Source: Chiloscyllium plagiosum (Eukaryota). From it: 64,000 bases of DNA. Where the stretch lies: assembly GCF_004010195.1 (NCBI RefSeq), contig NC_057721.1, positions 41,805,964-41,869,963 on the forward strand, read 5' to 3'. Made by a program: the position numbers and the translations under genes. This document shows, piece by piece, positions 44,701-53,800 of the stretch (within the stretch, counting starts at the first letter, position 1; the number at the start of each line of letters is the position of its first letter). The notes beneath the pieces were generated by a model. The model saw only the letters and a list, made by a program, of their open reading frames with translations, made no database searches and had not been told where the DNA came from.

Positions 44701-47243
44701 AGGGCCCCAGATAGTATTGTAGAACAGACAGACCTCTGGGTTCAAGTACATAATTCTTTGAAATGTGCATCATAGGTTGACCGGGTGGTTAAGAAGGTGT
44801 TTAGCATACTTGGCTTCATTGCTTTGACCTTTGAGTATGGGAGTTGGAATGTCATGATGAGGTTGTAGAGGATGTTGGTAAGGTCTCTTGAGTACACGGT
44901 GGCTCAGTGGTTAGCACCACAGCCTCTCAGCACCAGAGACCCGGGTTCAATTCCAGCCTCGGGCAACTGACTGTGTGGAGTTTGCACGTTCTCCCCGTGT
45001 CTGTGTGGGTTTCCTCCGTGTGCTCCGGTTTCCTCCCACAGTCCAAAGATGTGCAGGTCAGGTGGATTGTCCCATGTTAAATTGCCCATATTGTTAGGTA
45101 CATTAGTCAGAGGGAAATGAGTCTGGGTGGGTTACTCTTCAGAAGGTTGGTGTGGACGTGTTGGGCCAAAGGGCCTGTTTCCACACTGTAGGGAATTTAA
45201 TCTGCTGCATGCAGTTCTGGTTGCCGTGTTACAGGAAGGATATTATTAACCTGCAGAGTGTTCAAAAGAGACTTACCAGGATACTGCTAGGAATGGAGGG
45301 TTTCAGTTATAAAAATACACTGGAAAGACTGGGACTTTTTCACTGGAGGGTAGGAGGTTGAGGGAACATCTTATTGAGGTTTATAAAATCTTTATGTAAT
45401 TGCAAACGTCACAACGATGCCTTCAGTTCCTTCATCCAGGTTGTTAATATGTGAATAGTTACGGTCCAATATTGACCTCTACAGAACTCCACTAGTCACC
45501 AGCTGCCATCCTGAAAAAGATCCCTTTATTCAAAATGTCTGCTTTCTGCCAGTCAGCCAATCCTCTATCCATGCCAGTAACCTGCCCCTAATACCATGAC
45601 CTCTTATCCTGTTTCACAGGCTCTTGTATGGCATCTTGTCAAAGGCCTTCTGGAAATCTAAATAGATCAAGTCTTCTGACTCCTTTGTCCAACTTGCTCT
45701 TTACCACCTTAAGAAATTCTAACAGGCTTGTCAGGCATGATCTCCCTTTGGCAAAGATATGCTGACCCTGCCCTATTTTACCATGCGCTTCTAAGTACTC
45801 TGCAATCTCGTCCTTAAAAATTGACTCTTAAAATCTTACCAATGACTGAGGTCAAGTTAACCAGCCTATCGTTTCCTGTCTTCTCCCTTCCCTCCTGCTT
45901 AAACGGGGTGTTACATTAGCTATTTTCCAGTCCTCTGGGACCCTCTCTGAATCCAGTGATTCCTGAAATATCACCAATGCCTCTACAATCTCCTTAGTTA
46001 TGTCGTCCAGAAATCTGGGGTGTAGTCCATCTAGGCTGTCTGCTTTCAGACTCTTCACCTTCCCCACCACTTTCTCCTTAGTAATGGCCACAGCACCAAC
46101 CTCTGCCCCCGACACTCTTGAAGCTCTGGTATGTTATTGTTGTCTTCCACTGTGAAAACTGATACAAAGTACCATTTTAGTTCCTCTGACATTTCTTTGT
46201 TCCCCATTACTACTTTGCCAGCATCGTTTTTCAGCGGTCCAATTCCAAACTTGCCCCTCTGTCATCTTTTATATATCTTAAAAAAAAATTCTTGCAATCT
46301 TCATTTACATTTCTAGCTAGTTTACTATCATATATTTCATCATCTCCCCTTTTTTTGCTTTTTTTTTAGTTATCCTCTGCTCATTTTTAGTCTTCCTAAG
46401 TCTCTGCCTTCTCACTAATCTTCATCATATTCTCTTTTGTTGCCTTTATGCTGTCCCTGACCTCCCTTGTCAGCCAATGTTGCCTCATCCTCCCCTTTGT
46501 ATGCTTTTACTTCCTTGGAATGAATTTCTGCTGTGCCTCCCTAATTACCCAAAAACCCCTGCCATTGCTGCTCCAATGTCATCCCTGCTAGGTTTCCCTT
46601 CCAATCAATTCTGGTCAGTTCCTCCCTCGTGTCTTTATGATTACCTTATACTCAATTGTTATACCGTTCCATCTGATACAATCTTCTCTCTCACTGCATG
46701 GTGAACTCTATCATATTATGGTCACTGCCCCCTAGTGGATCCTTCACGTTCAGTTCCCTAATCAAGTCTGTTTCATTACATATCACTAACTCCAGAACTG
46801 CATGTTCTACACCCCAACTGGGCTCTACCTAAAAGTCATCTCAAGACATTCTACAAATTCATTTTCTTGAGTTTTGCTACCAGCCTGAGTTTTGATTGCG
46901 TTTAAAATTATGTGGCAATACATAGTTCTCCTTTAGTCCAATTTCCATTCTATTTCTAATTTCAGTTCCTTCTCCCTTGTGGTAGTAAGAACGCTTAATT
47001 GAAAGTATTATTTATTACTAACCTCTTTGGCCACTAAGGACTTCCAGAGGCCAATTTAGGCACACAGGATTTTTTGTAATGTTAAAGATTTTGGTCTCAA
47101 AGTACTGCAATATTTATTGTTTTAATTAACGATGCTGTTTCCTTAACTTACTGATTTTCAGGTATCTTCTTATTTTTTTGAAATTTGTTCAAGCAGTCAT
47201 TCCAACAATTGAATATGATTACACAAGACACTTTACCATGTAA
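11718..47243 (+). CDS. ATG3: Autophagy E2-like conjugating enzyme ATG3, complete, 11 coding exons, 948 nt / 315 aa
   Basis: Exons 11718-11789, 19015-19056, 24449-24498, 27698-27768, 28035-28142, 29539-29673, 33531-33568, 38089-38241, 38639-38766, 42796-42864, 47162-47243 splice in frame: [10 protein letters not shown]...HPC...[11 protein letters not shown]. Confidence 0.97.
13110..13810 (-). mobile_element. CR1-like LINE 3' fragment with nested Penelope-derived element
   Basis: Reverse-strand CR1 tail and body (FKAEVDRFL-like in ORF 13255-13440). Confidence 0.6.
13263..13398 (+). mobile_element. Penelope-derived short element with hammerhead-like core
   Basis: CTGACGA-A-GGGC-TTAT-GCCT-GAAAC-ATT at 13272-13299; 12-bp TSD GAATCTATCTAC at 13251-13262 and 13399-13410. 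Confidence 0.75.
14530..15175 (+). mobile_element. CR1 LINE 3' fragments with two successive 3' ends
   Basis: [22 protein letters not shown]; 3' tails near 15020 and 15170. Confidence 0.75.
17216..17360 (-). mobile_element. 3' half/tail of HE1-like SINE joined directly to the zinc-finger ORF
   Basis: Matches the 3' ends of the SINEs at 26200-26533 and 44893-45200 (gtggacttgttgggccaa.gggcctgtttccaca.tgtagggattcta); no tRNA head. Confidence 0.75.
17340..18018 (-). pseudogene. Intronless C2H2 zinc-finger (Kruppel-type) retro-pseudogene, about 7 degenerate fingers
   Basis: ATG at 18018: [50 protein letters not shown] [frameshift near 17675] [35 protein letters not shown]; in-frame TAG at 17904-17902. 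Confidence 0.85.
19015..19056 (+). CDS. ATG3: ATG3 exon 2
   Basis: [22 protein letters not shown]. Confidence 0.96.
20040..21770 (+). mobile_element. Degenerate Gypsy-type LTR retrotransposon remnant (LTR-like segment plus gag)
   Basis: 21455-21740 reads as broken gag-like LVPQF..YFISFEK...VKRAILNA...EAYQ; upstream AT-rich segment with aataaa ending ctgggatcatatca resembles an LTR end. Confidence 0.5.
21790..23440 (+). mobile_element. CR1 LINE fragment with nested hairpin element
   Basis: [21 protein letters not shown]-like motifs; 3' tail tatgattctatgat. Confidence 0.75.
22479..22699. mobile_element. Penelope-derived palindromic element with hammerhead-like cores on both strands
   Basis: Long inverted repeat; minus-strand core at 22576-22603, plus-strand core from 22609; TSD tgtagatgagga(t/c)agga at 22465-22481 and 22699-22715. 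Confidence 0.78.
23561..23759. mobile_element. Second family of Penelope-derived inverted-repeat element with hammerhead-like core
   Basis: CTGAAGA-T-GTTAAC..GGTGAC-GAGA-TGTC at 23685-23719; antisense GTTACC..GGTGAC-GAAACGTC at 23640-23671; 13-bp TSD ATATTTCAGTAGT at 23548-23560 and 23760-23772. Confidence 0.72.
23787..24016 (+). repeat. Direct repeat copy 1 (about 220 bp), upstream of ATG3 exon 3
   Basis: tagaggttattcacctt.aaagggaaatctataagtttatttctaaaatgttgttagtggaa... also at 24970-25185. Confidence 0.85.
24449..24498 (+). CDS. ATG3: ATG3 exon 3
   Basis: [25 protein letters not shown]. Confidence 0.96.
24970..25185 (+). repeat. Direct repeat copy 2, downstream of ATG3 exon 3
   Basis: Highly similar to 23787-24016 with a short internal indel. 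Confidence 0.85.
26200..26533 (-). mobile_element. HE1-like tRNA-derived SINE
   Basis: Reverse strand gtggcacagtggctcagtgct...ttcaattccagcctcaggcgactgtctgtgtggagtttgca...cctgtttccacattgtaaggattcta. Confidence 0.8.
27698..27768 (+). CDS. ATG3: ATG3 exon 4
   Basis: [27 protein letters not shown]. Confidence 0.95.
28035..28142 (+). CDS. ATG3: ATG3 exon 5
   Basis: [36 protein letters not shown]. Confidence 0.96.
28640..29370 (+). mobile_element. CR1 LINE 3' fragment
   Basis: [30 protein letters not shown]. Confidence 0.8.
29539..29673 (+). CDS. ATG3: ATG3 exon 6 (acidic flexible region)
   Basis: [45 protein letters not shown]; AG/GTAATA. Confidence 0.93.
30585..31570 (-). mobile_element. CR1 LINE fragment
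   Basis: [32 protein letters not shown]; FKRHLDGYM 3' motif. Confidence 0.85.
32430..32953 (-). mobile_element. Young 5'-truncated CR1 LINE
   Basis: [21 protein letters not shown]..; very similar to 36650-37190. Confidence 0.85.
33531..33568 (+). CDS. ATG3: ATG3 exon 7
   Basis: [21 protein letters not shown]. Confidence 0.93.
34030..34900 (-). mobile_element. Degenerate LINE remnant
   Basis: Related to 9150-10290 and to + strand fragments near 5090-5330. Confidence 0.5.
35290..36510 (+). mobile_element. Degenerate CR1 LINE fragment
   Basis: [23 protein letters not shown] motif and CR1 3' end. Confidence 0.7.
36650..37567 (-). mobile_element. Young 5'-truncated CR1 LINE fused to a tRNA 5' half
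   Basis: [10 protein letters not shown] to [17 protein letters not shown] to FKRHLDGYM and tail. Confidence 0.88.
37568..37604 (-). pseudogene. 5' half (37 nt) of tRNA-Lys(CTT)
   Basis: Reverse complement GCCCGGCTAGCTCAGTCGGTAGAGCATGAGACTCTTA matches vertebrate tRNA-Lys-CTT positions 1-37 as I recall them; stops just after the anticodon; no 3' half nearby. Confidence 0.88.
37630..37921 (-). mobile_element. HE1-like SINE
   Basis: gtggcacagtggttaacactgctgcttcacagcgccagagaccccgggttcaattccc...cctgtttccacact. Confidence 0.82.
38089..38241 (+). CDS. ATG3: ATG3 exon 8
   Basis: [51 protein letters not shown]. Confidence 0.96.
38349..38528. mobile_element. Penelope-derived hairpin element in the short ATG3 intron 8
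   Basis: Inverted arms tcgagaatgtggtgctggaaaagcacagcagg / cctgctgtgcttttccagcaccacactctcga; GGGCTTATGCCCGAAACGTC; TSD taatggttata at 38338-38348 and 38533-38543. Confidence 0.75.
38639..38766 (+). CDS. ATG3: ATG3 exon 9 (catalytic HPC cysteine, TGC 38762-38764)
   Basis: [43 protein letters not shown]. Confidence 0.97.
39365..39975 (+). repeat. Tandem array of about 5 diverged tRNA-derived SINE-like units
   Basis: Units tggtgcagt(g/t)gta..ccct..gagccaggaggcct.ggttcaaatcccacct..tccagagatgtgtaataacat.tctgaacaggttgatt.gaaaata; same family as 2015-2760. Confidence 0.65.
41227..41348. mobile_element. Truncated copy of the second Penelope-derived element family
   Basis: tttgagaagatttgtagctcag.ttgaggttctggatgtaggttt as at 23570; imperfect TSD ccaattgatctacc / ccacttgatcaacc. 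Confidence 0.65.
42796..42864 (+). CDS. ATG3: ATG3 exon 10
   Basis: [23 protein letters not shown]; followed by U12-type donor GTATCCTT. Confidence 0.96.
43890..46890. mobile_element. Cluster of nested CR1 fragments (minus 43890-44660, plus 44660-45395, minus 45400-46890) inside the U12 intron
   Basis: [49 protein letters not shown] motifs. Confidence 0.75.
44893..45200 (+). mobile_element. HE1-like SINE
   Basis: cacggtggctcagtggttagcac...gacccgggttcaattccagcc (A/B boxes)...gggcctgtttccacactgtaggga. Confidence 0.85.
47162..47243 (+). CDS. ATG3: ATG3 exon 11 (last coding exon)
   Basis: [29 protein letters not shown]. Confidence 0.97.
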
Positions 47244-47602
47244 CTCAAGTTTACACAATCACAATATTATCAGAATTTGTTCTGAGCTGACAAAATGCTG
47301 CTGCCTTTCGATTGTAACTAAGAATTCGCTCAGCATAATTCTGACTATTGTTCAGGTTCAGTTCCTTTTCAGAGGTTCTGTAATGAGATTGGCAAGAGCT
47401 TGTCTGTTTATCCACACAAAGAAGCTGAATTCAATTACAAAACCTATCTGCTTTTTTTCTATGAACTCTCCATTTTGTGTTCCCTGGTCTACTTTTGAGT
47501 AAACAACTAAAGCAAATACATTCTCTCTAATTCATGTTTCATTGCATTTTGAAAGTAAGATGTATTGACTTCTATTAAATTGATTTATATTTGCAGTATA
47601 CA

Positions 47603-47608
47603 AATAAA
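47603..47608 (+). terminator. Candidate ATG3 polyadenylation signal
   Basis: AATAAA about 360 nt after the stop, followed by a T-rich stretch. Confidence 0.55.
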
Positions 47609-47864
47609 TGAAAATGTCTGACAAAGGTTTTCTTTAAATGCTCTTTTTTCTTGCAAGTGGTCTTGTAGCACATTGTCAGGTTTTTTTGCTTGAATGGGTA
47701 AAAGACATTTTTAGCATTTAACTAGAAAATAGGAAAAAACAACTAATGTTACACAAGCAAGAAGGCAGGCTCAACTTGGAACAAGAATTGTGAAAGGAAA
47801 CTATAATTCTATTCTTTTGGTACTATGAGCTGTTATTATCTTGTTTTGTTACTAATTTGTTCTT

Positions 47865-48975
47865 TGATAAGGTTCCCCACGAGAGGCTATTGCAGAAAAT
47901 ACGGAGGCATGGGATTGAGGGTGATTTAGCAGTTTGGCTCAGAAATTGGCTAGCTGAAAGAAGACAGGGTGGTGGTTGATTGGAAATGTTCATCCTGGAG
48001 TTCAGTTACTAGTGGTGTGTCGCAAGGGTCTGTTTTGGGTTCACTGCTGTTGGTCATTTTTTTTATAAATGCTCTGGATGAGGACGTGGAACGACTCATT
48101 AGTAAATTTGCAGATGACACTAAAGTCGGAGGAGTTGTGGATAGTGAAGAAGGATGTTGTAGGTTACAGAGGGACATAGATAAGCTGCAGAGCTGGACTG
48201 AGAGGTGGCAAATGGAGTTTAATGAGGAAAACTGTGAGGTGATTCACTTTGGAAGGAATAGATAGTACTGGGCTAATGGTAAGATTCTTGGCAGTGTGGA
48301 TGAGCAGAGAGATCTCTGTCTATATACATGGATCTCTGAAAGTTGTCACGCAGGTTGATAGGGTTGTGAAGAAGGTGTATGGTGTGTTAGCTTTTATTGG
48401 TAGAGAGATTGCGTTTTGGAGGCCATGAGGTCATGTTGCAGCTGTACAAAACTCTGGTGCAGCTGCACTTAGAATATTGCGTACAGTTCTGGTCACTGCA
48501 TTATAGGAAGGATGTAGAAGCATTAGAAAGGGTGCAAAGGACAATTACCAGGATATTGCCTGGAATGGAGAGAAGGTCTTATGAAGAAAGGCTGAGGGAC
48601 TTGAGGCTGTTTTCATTGGAGCAAAGAAGGTTGTGAGGTGACTTAATAGAGATATACAAGATGATCAGAGGATAGATAGAGTAGACAGTGAGCCTTTTTT
48701 CTCTGATGGCTAGCAGGGGGATCATAGCTTTAAATTGAGGGGTGGTAGATCTAGGACAGATGTCAAAGATAGGTTCTTGACTCAGTAGTAAAGGTGTGGA
48801 ATGCACTGCCTGCAACAGTAGTAAGCTCGCCAACTTTAAGGTAATTTAAATGGTCATTCCATAAACGTATGGATGGTAATGGAATAGTGTAGGTTAGATG
48901 GGCTTCAGATTGGTTTCATAGGTCAGTGCAACATCAGGGTCAAAGAGCCTTAACTGTGCTGTAATATTCTATGTC
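47865..48975 (+). mobile_element. CR1 LINE fragment (RT to 3' end)
   Basis: VTSGVSQGSVLG..ISKFADDTKVGG..QMEFN; [18 protein letters not shown]. Confidence 0.88.
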
Positions 48976-49579
48976 TGTTATAAGGCTTGGTAATAATACC
49001 CAGCAGTACATTAATTGCTTGATATTTTTTAAATGCAACCCACATTGAGGATAGTGGACAGTTCAAGACATTGATAAATTGTGAATTAGAAGCCAAAAAA
49101 CTCTACAACATGCTTTCTTTTTTTACTGCTTTTAAAATGTAGTACTATAAATTGCATTTTACTGTTCTGAACAATATGACTTCATAAGGTTCATGCTCGG
49201 GAACATCATAGCATTGATGTACAACAATTCATTTCTCAGCAAGAGACAATCTTTGTAAACTTCAGTTTATAGTTTTTGGTAAACTTGCATTTATTTAAGA
49301 GGGAAACACAAGATTTTGTTTTCCAGTGTTGGTATTAATTGCTTCCTGATCAAACCAAATGTAAAATTTTATTTTTGCATTAAAAATATATTTAGTATTA
49401 AATTTCAGTGAAGGGGAGGGGGTGAATCTTCGACTGCACCAGTTCAATATTTCTGTTTCCTACACAAAACATTCTTTGGCATTCTATGTCTGTGATTTCC
49501 AATTTAGTACCAGTCTATGACAATATTTCATTGTATATAGATTAGTAAATTTCCAACTACATGTTCAAGGCCTGCAACA

Positions 49580-49895
49580 ACATAGAGTCATAGACTCTCT
49601 ACAGTGCAGATAGAGACCATTTGACCCATTTGAATCTGCTCAAAAGAGCATCCGACCCAGACTCTCACACCCCCCACTCTGTCCCAGTAACATTTACCAT
49701 GGCTAATCTACCTGGCCTACATAATCCTGGACATTATGAATAATGTAGCATAGCCAATCCACCTAACCTGTACACCTTTGGACTGTGGGAGGAAACCGGA
49801 GCACCCTGTGGAAATCCACTCAGACGTGGGGTAAAGGTGGAATCAAGCCTGTGTCCTTGGTGCTGTGAGGCAGCAGTGCTCACTACTGTGCCATC
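49580..49895 (-). mobile_element. HE1-like SINE (diverged)
   Basis: ggcacagtagtgagcactgctgcctcacagcacc...tttcctcccacagtccaaag on the reverse strand. Confidence 0.72.
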
Positions 49896-50809
49896 CCACG
49901 ATAGTATTAAATTATTTATTAATAAAATGGAGTGCATTAAATGCAAAGGTAATTCATGAAGAAAAGTATTTGTCTAAATGTTGAGCATATAAAAATAGCA
50001 GTGAAATGATGAAAAAAAATTAAATTTTATTTTAATATTACTGCAAGTATGTGAACATTTAAGAGTAGAAAATTTGCACCTTCTACAGTTTGTCTCCCAT
50101 CCCTTGTCATTCTTTGACCCCAAGCTCATCATTTCCATAGAGTTCACCACCTCCTCCATTGACAATGTTCCCACTAAAACAGCTGACCACCCAAAGTCCG
50201 TCCCTCTCCGACCCACATATTTCTTAATATAACCAATAGTTAAGGTGAGAAAGGAAACTGTTGAAGGCTATTCATTGTCTAAATATGTAAAAGTATTACA
50301 GCTGGGAGACAGAACTTTTGAACTGGTATATTTTAACCCTCTGCATAAAGTCTCTTGGCTGAACCTTGTCCATTCTTTTTTTGCAAGTGCGCATTAGATC
50401 AAGGTTTTTCATTGAGGTCTAGTGGGTTTTCTCTTATCTTCCTAAATGCCCCTCTAGCTACCTCCATTGCCTCCGTCGCATCTCTCCTGTCCGTTTCCAG
50501 CCCCATCTTACCACATGTAATTTGCCAAACAGTGCGCCATTCAGCTATCCTCAAAGATCAGCATCCCCTGGAATTGCATCATCTGTAAAAGGCTGCTGTG
50601 CACTGAGATGAACATTGGCAGTCTGACATCCCACCTCACCGTTGCAGGCACATAATCAGCATAGCTGTCACTCCCCTATCACCCTCAACACTGTTTAACC
50701 ACTAGGCTCACACTTTACCTCTCTGGCAACATTCCATGTCAAAACCCTGTCCAGCTCATCTCTCCCTTATCCCCAAGTGCCTAGTGGAGATCTGCAGCAA
50801 TTCATTGAT

Positions 50810-53800
50810 TAGTAGGGAACCTCCCATACAGGCAGACAATGAGACAATCCCACACGAGGAAGAGTGTCCAGCCTGCAGGATCCTCTGAGTCGATTACTTT
50901 CCAGGCCCTGGTGAAATCTTGCGAGATGTTGGGGAAACAAATAGAAGAGAAGCTGGCTCCAATCTCTCTCATGCTGTAGAAGCATGAGCCACAGCTGGCA
51001 GACTTGGAGAAGAGGATGGATGAGGTGGAGCACAGGGTCACAGTGGTGGAAGCTGATGCCAGTTCATCCAAGGATAGGATCCAAGCCCTGGAGACGCAGG
51101 TCTGCAATTTGAGTAAGCAAGTGGATGATCTTGAGAACACGGGTAGGAGAAAAAACATTCGGATCATCAGTCTGCCTGAGGGTAAGGAAGGAGAGCGGCC
51201 TGCGGAATTTATTGAGAAATTCCTTGACTTGGAGGCTGGCATGAGAGGATTGAAGATAGAGAGGACGGAGATCGGATCTAGGTCAATGTCATCGTCCTTT
51301 CCTGGTGGGGTTCCATCACTATAGGCATAAGGACAGAATCATGGAAGCTTCCAGGATGCAGGGGAAGGATCCAAAGGTCCTAATTTACGAGGGCTTTAAG
51401 ATCATGTTCTTCCAGGACTTCTCAGCGGCGGTGATCCAGAAACGAAAATCTCATGACAGTGTCAAGAGAAGACTGAGAGAACTTGGGATTTGGTACTCTG
51501 AGGTATTCGCCGGTACTCCGATCCACCCTAGATGGTGGGATGGTTAGATGCCTACCTATGGGCAGTTTGGGATGGGTAATTGCCCCCTCTGGGCAGGGGG
51601 TGTGCTCCTCTACTCAGCGCCATTTTGTTTTATATGTTGGTTTGTTTTTTTTTTTGGTTTTTGTTATTTTTAATTTTTAATAGCTTTGTAGGTTTGTTTA
51701 ATGTAGCGGTCTTAGTTTCTGTGTTCGGTGGATCATGTGACACTAAGACTCAGTGATTTGTGGTTCGAGTTCCTCCTGTCTGGAATTTAAATGTTACTGC
51801 ATAAGATTATGGCTAATGACTTGATTAAATGGTGTACCTGGAACATCAGGGGAAGTCACTCATCAATTAAGAGGAAGAAGGTACTCTTGAGTCTTAGAAG
51901 GAAGAAGGTGGATATTGCTTTGTTACAGGAGACACACTTCGATGACAAGGAGCATCTGAAATTACAGCAGAATAACTTTGACCGAGTTTATTTTTTCATC
52001 ATTTAATACCAGAAGTAGGGGAGTGGCTATATTGGTTCGGAAGAATCTCCCATATAAGTTCCTAGAGTGTGTTAAAGACACACATGGGAGGTTTGTAATT
52101 CTTAAAGCTTTGATAATTGGAAAGAATATGGTGTTTTAAATATTTATTGCCCTCCAGCTCATCCCCTTAAGTTTTTGGTAGATGTGTTTTCTAAACTAAT
52201 AAGTCTCGAGTTCCGACGCATCATTATAGGGGGAGATTTTAACTGTCTCGTGGATCCCACAGTAGACAGATTGCTCAAAGGCGCCCCAGTACCCTCTGTA
52301 CAAACTAAATGATTAGTGGATCTATGTGTGGAGTTAGGGTTGGTGAACGTCTGGAGGCATCTTCATCCTACATTGCAGGAATGATTTGGAGATGCCTGTG
52401 TTGGACTGGGGTGTACAAAGTTAAAAATCACACAACACCAGGTTATAGTCCAACAGGTTTAATTGGAAGCACAGTAGCTTTCAGAGCATCGCTCCTTCAT
52501 CAGGTGTTAGTCATCAGGGATTTTGTTTTTCTCTAATCCGCACAGATGTCACACTCTGATTGATTTTTTTTTTACTCCCGTGGCAACTCTGGACTTAATG
52601 GCATCTTGTTCGATTGGTAATATGACAATGTCCGATCATGCTCCAGTGTACCTGTTACTTAAGATTAAGCACGCTATAGTGGGACCATGGCACTGGTGAA
52701 TGGATCCCTTTATCCTTAAGGCTAATAGGTGAGTGGAGTATTTCTCAAGGGAATTTTGGGCGTTCTGAGGCATTAACTCGGGCTCGGTTAGTAGTCCATA
52801 CATCCTTTGGGAAACTGCCAAAGCCTATATCGGGGTGTAGTTATTTCCTACTCTGCCAGTAGGAAGCGGCAGAAGGGTGAGCAGCAACGTCTCCTCGAGG
52901 CACGGTTGAAGGCAGCCAAGAAGGCTTTCTCTGACAGGCCATTGATGGTCAAGCTACAGGGGATTATAGCACTATGGTCTGCATTGAATTCCGTTCTCAC
53001 GCAGACAGCAAAGAAAGAACTTGCTTTTGCAAAACAAAGATGATATGAGCATGGTGACAAACTAGGTAAGTACCTAGCATATCTCGCCAGGAAGAGAAGT
53101 GCCCTACAAACTATTACAGTGATTAGGGAAGAGTCTGGGAACCTAACATGTGACTCTAAAAAGATTAATGTGGCATTCCAGAGATTTTACTCTAACGTAT
53201 ACCAATCTGAGGGTTGTTAGGAAGCGTGTGTCAAAATGGAATATTTTTTCAAGAATCTGAAGCTCCTGGACGTGACCCCCGAACAAGAAACCTTTCTTAA
53301 TGCCCCCTTATCAGAGCAAGAAGTGCAGAAAGCTGTGAGGCAGCTTCAGAGTGGACAGGTGCCTGGTCCTGACAGACCTCCCAGCAATTCCTATAAGGAA
53401 TTTATAAGTATACCGTCAGACCTGATGCTAAAGATGTTTAATGATTCACACAGTCATGATTGTCTCCTACCAATCTCTGAGAGAGGCCAATATTTCACTT
53501 ATTTTTAAAAAAGGGAAGGTCCTGGAGGACTGTACTTCACACAGGACCATCTCGCTCTTAAATGTGGACTTTAAAATCCTCTCCTAAAGACACTCGTGTT
53601 TAGACTGGAGATTGTGTTACCTATTATTAAAGAGGGCTTCATAAAGAGCCGCAAATCCTCCAATAACATTAGGAGGCTGCTTAATGTAATTCAAGCATGC
53701 TAACAGCAGTCAATACAGGGATTGGTGATTTCTCTAGATGCAGAGAAGGCATTTGACCAAGTTGAGTGGCCGTACCTTTTCTATACTTTGGAGTGATTTG

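Larger units (their letters stand above)
42865..47161 (+). other. U12-type (minor spliceosome) GT-AG intron, last intron of ATG3
   Basis: 5' splice site GTATCCTTG at 42865; branch site TTTCCTTAAC at 47138-47147, just upstream of the AG at 47160-47161. Confidence 0.92.
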
